A stretch of DNA of 64,000 nucleotides from assembly GCA_045586265.1 (NCBI GenBank), contig JAZMZY010000091.1, forward strand, positions 5,921-69,920, read 5' to 3'. The notes below the pieces were generated by a model that saw nothing but the letters and a program-made list of their open reading frames with translations, was not told the DNA's origin and made no database searches. Shown piece after piece: positions 44,896 to 53,714 of this stretch. The stretch comes from Acutalibacteraceae bacterium. Its GTDB lineage: Bacteria; Bacillota; Clostridia; Oscillospirales; Acutalibacteraceae. The first letter of the stretch is position 1; the number at the start of each line of letters is the position of its first letter. A program made the translations under genes and the position numbers.

Positions 44896-44924
44896 TTGCC
44901 TTGATATATTATCATAAGGGAGTT
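44896..44924 (-). promoter_or_regulatory. sigma-A-type promoter candidate for rplM-rpsI
   Basis: Minus strand reads TTGACT (44924-44919), 17 nt, TAATAT (44901-44896). Confidence 0.55.
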
Positions 44925-45039
44925 TCAAAGTCAACAGTTTTTTTAGCGAATTTTAAAATAATTCTTACTATCTCTCGTTTTCTTCGTTTTTCTCTTGTTT
45001 TCATACATTTTTCTCTTGTGGCAAATTACACTTTTTACA

Positions 45040-45084
45040 TAAAAACAATGTGGAAATTGCAACAAAACACAAAATCCACATTGT
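45040..45084 (-). terminator. Intrinsic terminator after the carboxypeptidase gene
   Basis: Stem ACAATGTGGA/TCCACATTGT with a 20 nt loop, then TTTTT on the minus strand. Confidence 0.7.
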
Positions 45085-45097
45085 ATAGTTTGTATAT

Positions 45098-46513
45098 TTA
45101 CTTTGCTAATCTGCTATAATCCTTAACAATTTCAACTCTTTGCTTCCTGCGTTTTTTACGCTTGCGCTGATTTTTAGTTCCGAACCAAAGAACAATCAGA
45201 ACAACCACAACAACAATAAGCACCACAAGGAAAGCCTTTGAGGTTGCAATGCCCTCAATCCAGTTGAACATTGCCCAGAGATAATTTTTCTTGACCGTCT
45301 GAAAAGCAACAAGCTCAACCTCGGCAACAGCAACATCCTTATACATAAGCTGTGCCTTGCCAACTGTTGCGCCCTTTTCAATGGGAGAATCAACTGTTTC
45401 AGGGAAGTTATCGGGAAGCTTAAGGGTTAAATCGTCAATGGTCAAATCCTCGTGAATAACGCTTGCTACCGAAGCCTTGGGCACAAGGCCTACATAGTCT
45501 GCACCCCTTCCGAATTCAACGCCGACCTCACTCATAACATAGGTATCATCAGCAAGGACCTTCATTTTAATATTATCAAAAGCCCACTTGAGCATATAAC
45601 GGCACATAAGAAAAGCAGTGTTATAATATTTGCCGTCAACTATTCCCTCGGTCTCTCCCTTCATTGCGATGGATATATATGTATAACCATCCTTTGTTGC
45701 GCTTGAAATAAGGCAGGCCCCCGCTTTATCGGTTGTGCCTGTTTTAAGACCGATTGCCTCTTCATAATAATATTCTGAATAGCTGTTCAGAAGAGGATTT
45801 GTGTTATAAAGATAGCGAACATCACTCTTGTTTGTCTTCGGCATTGTTTTGCCGTATTTTGAGGATATTTTTACAATGAGCTCGTTACTCAAAGCTTTTT
45901 TTGCAATTAAATACATATCGCTTGCGGTAGTTCTGTTCTGAGTAGCACTGTCAAAGCCCTTAACAGATTCATCGTCAAGTCCATGCGGATTTGCAAAATG
46001 TGTATTTTTGCAGCCTAATTCCTGAACATAGGCATTCATTTTTGCAACAAAGTTCTCGGTCTCGCCATCACCGAATTCCTCTGCCAAAACTGCAGCGGCA
46101 TCATTGGCACTTGGCAAAAACAAGCAATATAAAAGCATTTCCAGAGTTGTTTTTTCACCATCAACAAGACCTGCAACAGAGCTACCCGTACCGTCAAGGC
46201 TATGAATTGCATCATAGGAGCAGGTAATTTTCTTCTGCAAATCGTTACATTCATTAAGTACCACAAGGGCGGTAACAATTTTAGTAAGAGATGCAGGTGC
46301 AGTTATTTTATCGGCATTTTTGCTGTAAATAACTGTATCTGTATCTGCATTAACAAGAAGGGCTATGCCTGTTTCATATTCGGGGGCATCAATATCATAA
46401 TATGCTCCCTTGGTTTTTACCTTATCTTCCCCCTCTGCTGCAAAAGCAGGAGTGCAAAATGAAAAGAGCAAAACTAAAGAATTTATTAAAATCAGTAATT
46501 TTTTCATAGACAA
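45098..46513 (-). CDS. Serine-type D-alanyl-D-alanine carboxypeptidase (peptidase S11, PBP5-like) with a C-terminal TM anchor
   Basis: Signal peptide, SxxK motif in PASLTKIVTAL, KTG in GLKTGTT, PBP5 C-terminal domain, then the hydrophobic stretch FLVVLIVVVVVLIVLWF and a basic tail. Confidence 0.88.
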   Translation of the reverse strand: MSMKKLLILINSLVLLFSFCTPAFAAEGEDKVKTKGAYYDIDAPEYETGIALLVNADTDTVIYSKNADKITAPASLTKIVTALVVLNECNDLQKKITCSYDAIHSLDGTGSSVAGLVDGEKTTLEMLLYCLFLPSANDAAAVLAEEFGDGETENFVAKMNAYVQELGCKNTHFANPHGLDDESVKGFDSATQNRTTASDMYLIAKKALSNELIVKISSKYGKTMPKTNKSDVRYLYNTNPLLNSYSEYYYEEAIGLKTGTTDKAGACLISSATKDGYTYISIAMKGETEGIVDGKYYNTAFLMCRYMLKWAFDNIKMKVLADDTYVMSEVGVEFGRGADYVGLVPKASVASVIHEDLTIDDLTLKLPDNFPETVDSPIEKGATVGKAQLMYKDVAVAEVELVAFQTVKKNYLWAMFNWIEGIATSKAFLVVLIVVVVVLIVLWFGTKNQRKRKKRRKQRVEIVKDYSRLAK

Positions 46514-46667
46514 TCACCGTGAAATGTTATATTATAGGTTTGTGCATTCGGCACTATACAGTTTATTCTCCGGTACAGGCAAGCCTGTACCTTACGGTTA
46601 ACAAATGTATTATAACATCTAAACAGAAGAATTGAAATACTATTTTATAAAAAAGGAGAACAAAATT

Positions 46668-47363
46668 ATGGTATTCATTACCGGAGATACTCACGGCGAC
46701 CCTGAGAGACTTTCAAAATCCGCTCTGAAGGATTTAAACGAGGGCGACACCTTAATTGTTTGCGGTGATTTTGGCTTTATATGGGACCAATCAAAAGCCG
46801 AGCAGAAAATTCTCAAGGCATTTTCTAAAAGAAAATACAATATATGCTTTATTGACGGCACTCACGAAAATTTTGACCTTCTTAACGGCTACCCTCTCAC
46901 CACCTGGAACGGTGGCAAGGTTCATCAGATTTCCGATAACATTTTCCACCTGATGCGCGGTCAGGTTTTTACAATTGACGGTCTCAAAATATTCACAATG
47001 GGCGGTGGTGAAAGCCCTGACCTTGATTCAAGGCTTGAGGACAACCCCTGGCTCAAATATGAAATACCCTCAAAGGAGGAGCTTCTTGAGGGTGCGGAAA
47101 ACCTTGAAAGAAACGGTTGCAAAATTGATGTTATTCTCACCCACGAGCCATCCTCAACCATCAAGGGCTTTTTAAAGCTTGGCGAAAGCGAGGCAGTAAG
47201 GGTTACAACTCTTAATGCTTATTTTGACGAGCTTTCAAAATGCAGTGAATTCCAACGTTGGTTCTTTGGTAGCCTGCACCTTGATAAGTACATTTCAAAC
47301 ACCTATATAGGTGTTCACAAAGCAATTGTTAACGCCCACACGGGAGAAAGAGTTAAGTTTTAA
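46668..47363 (+). CDS. Metallophosphoesterase
   Basis: Start at MVFITGDTHGD after AAGGAG. Motifs GDTHGD, CGDFGF and DGTHENF. Confidence 0.8.
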   Translation: MVFITGDTHGDPERLSKSALKDLNEGDTLIVCGDFGFIWDQSKAEQKILKAFSKRKYNICFIDGTHENFDLLNGYPLTTWNGGKVHQISDNIFHLMRGQVFTIDGLKIFTMGGGESPDLDSRLEDNPWLKYEIPSKEELLEGAENLERNGCKIDVILTHEPSSTIKGFLKLGESEAVRVTTLNAYFDELSKCSEFQRWFFGSLHLDKYISNTYIGVHKAIVNAHTGERVKF

Positions 47364-47372
47364 GGTGACGTT

Positions 47373-49571
47373 ATGAAACACATTAATAAAAAGAAAGCAA
47401 AGAAAATTGTTTTAATTGTAATTTCAATTATTCTTGCATTAGCAATAATAGCTGGTACAGTTGCGTTTATTGCAAACTACCCCGACAAAAGAGAAGCTGT
47501 TTTTAATGACAGCGATAAAAAGCCCACAAAACAAGCTTTTGATGAGGGTGAATTTAAAATGGGTGAATATGATTTAATAGTTTCAGTTAATGGTGATGAT
47601 AATGCTGACGGAACACTCGAAGCACCTTTAAAAACCTTAAGTGGAGCAAAAGATAAATTAAAAGCTTTAAACATTCCAAAAGATAAAAAAGTCACTGTAT
47701 GGTTCAGAGAAGGTACATACACATTTTTTGATACTGTTGCCTTTGATGAGACTGACAAGTGCAATGTTCTTTATCGCTCATACCCCAATGAAGAGGTTGT
47801 TTTCACAGGGTCAAAGGAAATTACGGGTAATTGGGAAAAAACCGAAATCAACGGCGTTGATGCCCTTGTAACAGATATGCCTGTTGAAAGTGATGAGGAT
47901 TATTTCCGTTCACTTTTCAAAGACGGTAAAAGGCTTAATCGTTCAAGCTACCCCAAGCAAGAGCAAATGAAGGTCAAAGACCCAAAGCCTGATGAAGCAA
48001 TTGCACCTGAGGTTGACCCTGATTTCTTCACTCATTCGGCAGTTTTCTATGCAGATACCAAGGATATTCTTGATTTCAGCAACCCTGAGGACATTGATAT
48101 AAGGCTTATGCATTTCTGGTGCGATGAGCTTATGCCTGTTAACTCAATTGACAAAGGAACCGGCAGAATTGAAACAAGAAAGCCCTCTTCAATGACAATC
48201 AGAGTTGAGGATAATTTCATTTTTGAAAATGTTAAAGAGGCTCTTTCATTGCCCGGCGAATGGTATCTCGACAGAGCAGAAGAAAAGCTTTACTACATAC
48301 CCGAGGAAAATGACACGGTTAAAAGCACTGTTCTTTATGCAGGTGTAACCGAACAGCTTATAACAATCAATAATGCCGAGGGTATTTCATTCCAGGGCAT
48401 TAACTTTAAGAAGACCGACTGGGACCACACAGGCAAGGATTACGGCTTTTACGGCAAGGCATTCCCTGAAGACCATCCGTTATATAAAAATATAGAATAC
48501 AACGGTGTTCATCCTCAGGCGGCATTTGAGGTGCCTGCATCGGTTTATATAACTGAATCAACAGAAATCAATTTTACGGACTGCAACTTTGAAAATATTT
48601 CATATACTGCGGTTAAGTTTGACAAGGCATCAAAGGACTGCAATATAACAAGCTGTTTATTCAATGAAATCGGTGGTAATGCAATATTTATCAATGGTGA
48701 TTTTGTTGTTCCCGCAACAACTGAAAACATCAATGTTACTGATACTCATATAAGTAATTACGGCAGAATTTTCAATAATGCTATAGGTATTCTTCTTACC
48801 CATGCTATTGACTGCGACCTTACCCACAACGAAATCCACGATGGTTGGTACACGGGCATTTCGGTTGGATGGAACTGGGGCTACACCGATAACCCCACAA
48901 ACGATATAAACATAAGCAACAACCTTATTTACAATATAGGAAACGGTTGGCTTTCAGATATGGGCGGTATTTATACCCTTGGTATTCAACCTGACACAGT
49001 TATTTCCGAAAACATTATTTATAATGTTGGTTGCGATGAAGGTCAATACGGCTATGGCGGTTGGGGTATTTACCTTGACGAAGGCTCATCGGAAATCCTC
49101 GTTGAAAAGAACCTTGTTTATGACTGCTCATCACAGACCTTCCACCAGCACTACGGCAAGGATAATATGATAAGAAACAATATATTTGCTTTCGGTGGTG
49201 AGGGTCAGTTCAGAATAACAAGGCACGAAGAGCACAACTCCTTATTCCTTTATAACAACATTCTTGTCGGCGATGGTTCTCCAATGTATTGGAACACCAT
49301 AAGCATGAATTGGTTTAAGGATGATAACAACTTATATTGGGATTACAACACATTCGGCAAAACGGTTTTCTCAGGCAACTCAGCAAGCATTTTTGACAGC
49401 GAAAACATTTTAGGTATGTATGGCAGAGGCTATTATAACAATGCTATTCTTGCAGACCCGCTTTTTAAGGATGCCCAAAACAGAGATTTTACCCTTGCAG
49501 AAAACTCCCCTGCCCTTGACGGTGGCTTTGAGCCTTGGGAATACACCGCAGGAACAATAACTGAAAGATAA
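47373..49571 (+). CDS. Membrane-anchored right-handed parallel beta-helix protein (pectate-lyase fold)
   Basis: N-terminal TM helix (IVLIVISIILALAIIAGTVAFI), then YDLIVSVNGDDNADGTLEAPLKTLSGA, typical of beta-helix family N-termini. Repeated N/G/I-rich coils such as NNLIYNIGNGWLSDMGGIY. Confidence 0.75.
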   Translation: MKHINKKKAKKIVLIVISIILALAIIAGTVAFIANYPDKREAVFNDSDKKPTKQAFDEGEFKMGEYDLIVSVNGDDNADGTLEAPLKTLSGAKDKLKALNIPKDKKVTVWFREGTYTFFDTVAFDETDKCNVLYRSYPNEEVVFTGSKEITGNWEKTEINGVDALVTDMPVESDEDYFRSLFKDGKRLNRSSYPKQEQMKVKDPKPDEAIAPEVDPDFFTHSAVFYADTKDILDFSNPEDIDIRLMHFWCDELMPVNSIDKGTGRIETRKPSSMTIRVEDNFIFENVKEALSLPGEWYLDRAEEKLYYIPEENDTVKSTVLYAGVTEQLITINNAEGISFQGINFKKTDWDHTGKDYGFYGKAFPEDHPLYKNIEYNGVHPQAAFEVPASVYITESTEINFTDCNFENISYTAVKFDKASKDCNITSCLFNEIGGNAIFINGDFVVPATTENINVTDTHISNYGRIFNNAIGILLTHAIDCDLTHNEIHDGWYTGISVGWNWGYTDNPTNDINISNNLIYNIGNGWLSDMGGIYTLGIQPDTVISENIIYNVGCDEGQYGYGGWGIYLDEGSSEILVEKNLVYDCSSQTFHQHYGKDNMIRNNIFAFGGEGQFRITRHEEHNSLFLYNNILVGDGSPMYWNTISMNWFKDDNNLYWDYNTFGKTVFSGNSASIFDSENILGMYGRGYYNNAILADPLFKDAQNRDFTLAENSPALDGGFEPWEYTAGTITER

Positions 49572-49574
49572 ACG

Positions 49575-49604
49575 AAAAACTCGGTCAAACGACCGAGTTT
49601 TTTA
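49575..49604. terminator. Bidirectional intrinsic terminator
   Basis: Stem AAAAACTCGGTC/GACCGAGTTTTT with loop AAAC. It serves the plus-strand beta-helix gene and the minus-strand spoVM gene. Confidence 0.8.
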
Positions 49605-49606
49605 CA

Positions 49607-49684
49607 TTATTCATCTTTAATTCCAAACATCAATTTAAGGAAACCTCTTAAAAACTTTGGACTGCGACATACAACAACTTTCAC
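49607..49684 (-). CDS. spoVM: Stage V sporulation protein M (25-aa amphipathic peptide), absent from the ORF track
   Basis: My translation is GTG-AAA... = MKVVVCRSPKFLRGFLKLMFGIKDE followed by TAA. AAGGAG lies 8 nt upstream. It resembles B. subtilis SpoVM (MKFYTIKLPKFLGGIVRAMLGSFRKD) and shows similar synteny (near rsgA). Confidence 0.7.
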   Translation of the reverse strand: MKVVVCRSPKFLRGFLKLMFGIKDE

Positions 49685-49708
49685 ACTCACCACTCCTTAT
49701 GTATTTGT

Positions 49709-49741
49709 TACATAATATGAGTAAGCTTCAAAAGTGTTACA
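49709..49741 (-). promoter_or_regulatory. Mother-cell sigma (sigma-K/sigma-E-like) promoter candidate for spoVM
   Basis: Minus strand reads TGTAACA (49741-49735), 15 nt, CATATTATGTA (49719-49709). It overlaps the rsgA stop codon. The same motif occurs at 31619-31651. Confidence 0.4.
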
Positions 49742-50624
49742 GCTGCCAATCCTTAAGGTCTTTAACCTCGTTATACATAGCAATATAATTATTATGTCTG
49801 CTCGGGTGAATTATACCTTCCTTCAGAGCATCAAGTATGCAACAGCCCTTTTCAACTGTATGAGAACAGCTTGTGAATTTGCATTTACCGAGATACTCGC
49901 TGAATTCAGGAAAGCAGAATGGCAGATTCTCTTTAACGATAATATCACTGCTTTGCTCAATATCAAGAGAAGAAAAGCCGGGTGTATCCGCCACAAGACC
50001 TTTTCCGATATGATAAAGAGTAACCTCTCTTGTGGTATGGCGACCGCGACCCAATTTATCACTTACCTCGCCTGTTGCAAGAGAAAATCGTTCATCAATG
50101 CAATTGAGAAGAGAGGATTTGCCAACACCTGTGTTACCTGTGAACACAGTTATACCCTCGCCTATCATTGCTTTGACCACTTCAACGCCCTCGCCGGTTT
50201 TACAGCAAACGCAAGCAACCTCAATACCTGCTTTTTTATAAACTGCTTCAAGCTCACTTGTGTCTCCCAAATCACTTTTTGAAAAAACAACGCAGGGCTT
50301 TATACCCTTGTCAACTGCAATTGCGGTCATTTTATCAATAACCAAAAGGCTTGGAACAGGCTCTTTAACTGAGGAAACGATTATGAGTGTATCAATATTT
50401 GCCACAGGTGGTCTTAAAAGGAAATTCTTTCTTTCCTTGATTTCATCAATGGTGTTTTCTCTGTCCTGACGGACTGTGATAGTTACATTATCACCTGCAA
50501 GAGGAGTGATTTTTTTCTTTCTGAAAGCACCTCTTGCTTTGCATTCATAAATCTCTCCAGCGGCTTCTACATAATAGAAACCGCCGATACCTTTTATTAT
50601 TATGCCTTCTAAAACTTTTTCCAT
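49737..50624 (-). CDS. rsgA: Ribosome small subunit-dependent GTPase A
   Basis: Circularly permuted GTPase with VFSKSD, GNTGVGKSSLLN, and a C-terminal zinc knuckle CKFTSCSHTVEKGC. Confidence 0.93.
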   Translation of the reverse strand: MEKVLEGIIIKGIGGFYYVEAAGEIYECKARGAFRKKKITPLAGDNVTITVRQDRENTIDEIKERKNFLLRPPVANIDTLIIVSSVKEPVPSLLVIDKMTAIAVDKGIKPCVVFSKSDLGDTSELEAVYKKAGIEVACVCCKTGEGVEVVKAMIGEGITVFTGNTGVGKSSLLNCIDERFSLATGEVSDKLGRGRHTTREVTLYHIGKGLVADTPGFSSLDIEQSSDIIVKENLPFCFPEFSEYLGKCKFTSCSHTVEKGCCILDALKEGIIHPSRHNNYIAMYNEVKDLKDWQL

Positions 50625-50631
50625 AAATTAC

Positions 50632-52959
50632 TTATTCCTGCACTTGAGGTTGGTCCTGAGCTTGATCCTGTAATTGATTTTGTGCATTGGGATCCTGAGC
50701 CTGTGCTTCTGTACTGCTTTCCTGAGGGATGGTGGCATCAGTTGATTCAGGCACTACGTTTTTCACAACTGTCAAAACAATAGGTGTTGCTTTATCAAGG
50801 TTAGGTGCACTTGCATAATCAGGAGATTGATTAATAACTGTACCTTCTGCTTCAAGACTCTGTTCATATTTAACAGTAACATTCTTATAGCCTAAGCCAC
50901 TGAGAGTGCTGATGGCTTCTGCTTCGGTAAGACCTGTAACATCAGCATAAAATGCCACATCGTAGGTTTTCTCTTTTGTGAATTTAGCGGGCTCTCTTGT
51001 GAAATTTACGGTTGCTTCATAATAAAGAGCATCATTAAGATAAACAACCAATTCAGAATCCTCCTCGCTACCGCTTGCAGTTACAAGGTAGTTTGAATTC
51101 AAGGAAGAATTAACTGTTTCGGTTTTTATTAACTCTTCATCAAGATAAACCTTAACATTAAGGCTATCCGCCTTGGGAAGATTAAGTGTTTTTTCTGCAG
51201 TTACACAGCCTGAGCTTACAGTCAGAACAACTGTGTCACCCTCTCTTACAGGTGAGCCGTTTGCAGGTGACTGACTGAGAACATAGTCCTTTTCAACTGT
51301 ACTGTCGGCACTTTCTACCTTATAAAGCACCAAGCCCTTTTCCTCAAGAAGCTTTTTTGCATCCTCAAGGGATTTGCCCTCTAATTTGGGCATTTTGAAA
51401 AGCTTACCCGAATCCGCATCCGCCGCATAATAAACAGTAACGGTTGTTCCGAAAGCAACAGTAGTATTAGCAGCAGGGTCTGTTCTTACCACCTGACCCA
51501 CTGTAACAGTGCTATCCTCTGTGGGTACAATTGCAACCTTAAAGCCCATTGTTTCAAGGGTGTTGCTTGCTTCACGGAAATTTTTGCCAGTGAAATCAGG
51601 AATAACCTGACCCTCACCCGCTTTGGCTACATAAAGAATAATCGTTGAGCCCTCGGGAACCTCTGTGCCTGCTTTGGGGTCCTGGTCATAAACGCTACCC
51701 TCCTGAGCATCAGAGAATGAAGCATAGTAAACCTCAAAATTATACTTATCTTTATATTCAGCATTTTCTTTAATCTGAAGCTCATAGTTCATACCAACAA
51801 AGCTATCAACCTCAATATCCTTATTACCGAACAGCTTTGTGCCAAGAAGAATGAGAGCAAATAAAACAAGTGCAACAATAACACCTGCAATTACAGGCTT
51901 TTTATTGGATGCTTTCTTCTGAACATCCTGAACAGGACTTTCATCAACATCTGATAAGGTGCTTACCTTTTTCTTAACCTCAGTTGAGGGCGGAACCATA
52001 ACAGGCTTTTCCTTGATTTCGGCAGTTGCGGTTTTAACAGCGGGAATTGCCCTTGTTTTTTCCTGAATTTTACCAATAGGACGAGTTGCACCCAAATCCT
52101 CATAATATGTCTGATAATCAAATTTAATATTAGGATTTCTCTTTAATTCCTCTAAATCCATAAGCATTTCTGCGGCACTCTGATAACGCTCACGAGTGCT
52201 TTTCTGCATTGCTTTCATTGTAATCTGCTCAAATCCAACAGGTATACGGGAATTAATTGTTCTGGGAAGAGCCGCCTCGTTATTAACCTGCATAAGAGCA
52301 ACGCTTACTGCATTATCGGCATCAAAGGGCAATTTACCTGTAAGCATTTCATAAAGCATAATTCCTGCAGAATATAAATCCGCCTTTTCATCTGTTAGCT
52401 CACCCTTTGCCTGCTCAGGGCTTATGTAGTGAACGGAGCCGATTGCCTTTTCGGTAACGGTACGGCTTTCACTATGGCTGAACCTTGCAATACCAAAATC
52501 TGCAACCTTGATTGTGCCGTTTTCAAGAAGCATAATATTCTGAGGCTTGACATCTCTGTGAACAACGCCCTTATCGTGAGCGTGCTGAAGGGCGCGAAGT
52601 ATCTGTATTATAAAGAACAACGCCTCGTTCCAATCAATAACACCGCGCTTTTCTATATATTCCTTAAGGGTGATGCCCTCAATATATTCCATAACAATAT
52701 ACTGCAATCTGTCACCAAAGCTGACATCATAAACCTTTACAATGTTATTATGGGACAAAACTGCAATTGCCTTTGACTCGTTTTTGAATCTTCTGCGAAA
52801 TTCCTCGTTTGCTAAATATTCTTCCTTAAGAACCTTAACAGCAACGATTCTGTCATCAATATTGTCGTATGCCTTGTAAACAACTGCCATACCGCCAACA
52901 CCGATAACATCCTGAATTTCATATCTCCCGTCAAGTCTTTTTCCTACATAATTTTCCAT
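50632..52959 (-). CDS. prkC: Ser/Thr protein kinase with PASTA repeats
   Basis: Hanks kinase motifs (GVGGMAVVYKA, HRDVKPQN, DFGIA), one TM helix, PASTA-like repeats, and a Q/D/A-rich C-terminal tail. Confidence 0.92.
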   Translation of the reverse strand: MENYVGKRLDGRYEIQDVIGVGGMAVVYKAYDNIDDRIVAVKVLKEEYLANEEFRRRFKNESKAIAVLSHNNIVKVYDVSFGDRLQYIVMEYIEGITLKEYIEKRGVIDWNEALFFIIQILRALQHAHDKGVVHRDVKPQNIMLLENGTIKVADFGIARFSHSESRTVTEKAIGSVHYISPEQAKGELTDEKADLYSAGIMLYEMLTGKLPFDADNAVSVALMQVNNEAALPRTINSRIPVGFEQITMKAMQKSTRERYQSAAEMLMDLEELKRNPNIKFDYQTYYEDLGATRPIGKIQEKTRAIPAVKTATAEIKEKPVMVPPSTEVKKKVSTLSDVDESPVQDVQKKASNKKPVIAGVIVALVLFALILLGTKLFGNKDIEVDSFVGMNYELQIKENAEYKDKYNFEVYYASFSDAQEGSVYDQDPKAGTEVPEGSTIILYVAKAGEGQVIPDFTGKNFREASNTLETMGFKVAIVPTEDSTVTVGQVVRTDPAANTTVAFGTTVTVYYAADADSGKLFKMPKLEGKSLEDAKKLLEEKGLVLYKVESADSTVEKDYVLSQSPANGSPVREGDTVVLTVSSGCVTAEKTLNLPKADSLNVKVYLDEELIKTETVNSSLNSNYLVTASGSEEDSELVVYLNDALYYEATVNFTREPAKFTKEKTYDVAFYADVTGLTEAEAISTLSGLGYKNVTVKYEQSLEAEGTVINQSPDYASAPNLDKATPIVLTVVKNVVPESTDATIPQESSTEAQAQDPNAQNQLQDQAQDQPQVQE

Positions 52960-52961
52960 AC

Positions 52962-53699
52962 TTACTCTCCTTGAATTTCTGCAGTCATAATAACAACAGT
53001 AACATTGTCACGACCGCCGGCATTATTTGCCGTTTCCACAAGTTTTTCGGTTGAAGAATCACCGTATTCATTAATTATTTTAAGTATTTCATCGTCCTCA
53101 ACGTAACCATTGAGTCCGTCTGTGCACAAAAGAAGTGCGTCACCACTGTTAACATCAACAATATCAAATTCAACATCAACTACATGCTCAATGCCGACTG
53201 CTCTTGTTATAACATTTCTGTCGGGATGCACCAACGCTTCATCCACAGTGATTTTGCCTGTATCAACAAGCAACTGAACAAAGGAATGGTCCTTGGTAAC
53301 AGCCCTGATAGTGTCATTAATAATATATGCTCTGCTATCACCAACATGGGCTATAACTGCAATTGAGCCTAAAACGAGGACTGCAACAACAGTTGTTCCC
53401 ATACCCTTAAGCTCATAGCTTTCCTGAGATTCTTTAAATACGGCAGAATTAGCGGTATTTATTGCAGAATTCAATAGGTTTTTTGCACTGTTAACAGACA
53501 TTTTATCACGGAAGCCCCGTTTGATAGCTTCTGAAATTTTTTCAACACAGATACCGCTTGCTACCTGACCGCCTGAAACACCGCCCATACCATCGCAAAC
53601 CACTGCCCAACAATCGCCATTTTCAAAATAGCCGAATTCATAGGCATCCTGATTGGTTTCACGAACAAGACCTATATCTGTTTTTCCTTGTATTTTCAC
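52962..53699 (-). CDS. stp: PP2C-family Ser/Thr phosphatase
   Basis: TDIGLVRETNQDA, VCDGMGG, GDSRAY, LLCTDGL, DNVTVV. Confidence 0.9.
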   Translation of the reverse strand: MKIQGKTDIGLVRETNQDAYEFGYFENGDCWAVVCDGMGGVSGGQVASGICVEKISEAIKRGFRDKMSVNSAKNLLNSAINTANSAVFKESQESYELKGMGTTVVAVLVLGSIAVIAHVGDSRAYIINDTIRAVTKDHSFVQLLVDTGKITVDEALVHPDRNVITRAVGIEHVVDVEFDIVDVNSGDALLLCTDGLNGYVEDDEILKIINEYGDSSTEKLVETANNAGGRDNVTVVIMTAEIQGE

Positions 53700-53714
53700 G
53701 GTGTTTCACTCCTT

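Noticed and set aside
44416-44904. A 162-aa plus-strand ORF, and the 44162-44416 ORF.
   Set aside because: They are antisense to rplM and rpsI, which are unmistakable ribosomal protein genes.
46576-46597. An 8-bp GC-rich hairpin, GGTACAGGCAAGCCTGTACC, in the divergent intergenic region between the carboxypeptidase and metallophosphoesterase genes.
   Set aside because: It has no T-tract and lies upstream of both putative promoters. It is a single occurrence with no obvious function, so I did not annotate it.
49734-50282. A 182-aa plus-strand ORF, plus smaller ones at 50032-50241 and 50260-50469.
   Set aside because: They lie fully antisense to the well-supported rsgA gene, have unremarkable composition, and have no SD. 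They are shadow ORFs.
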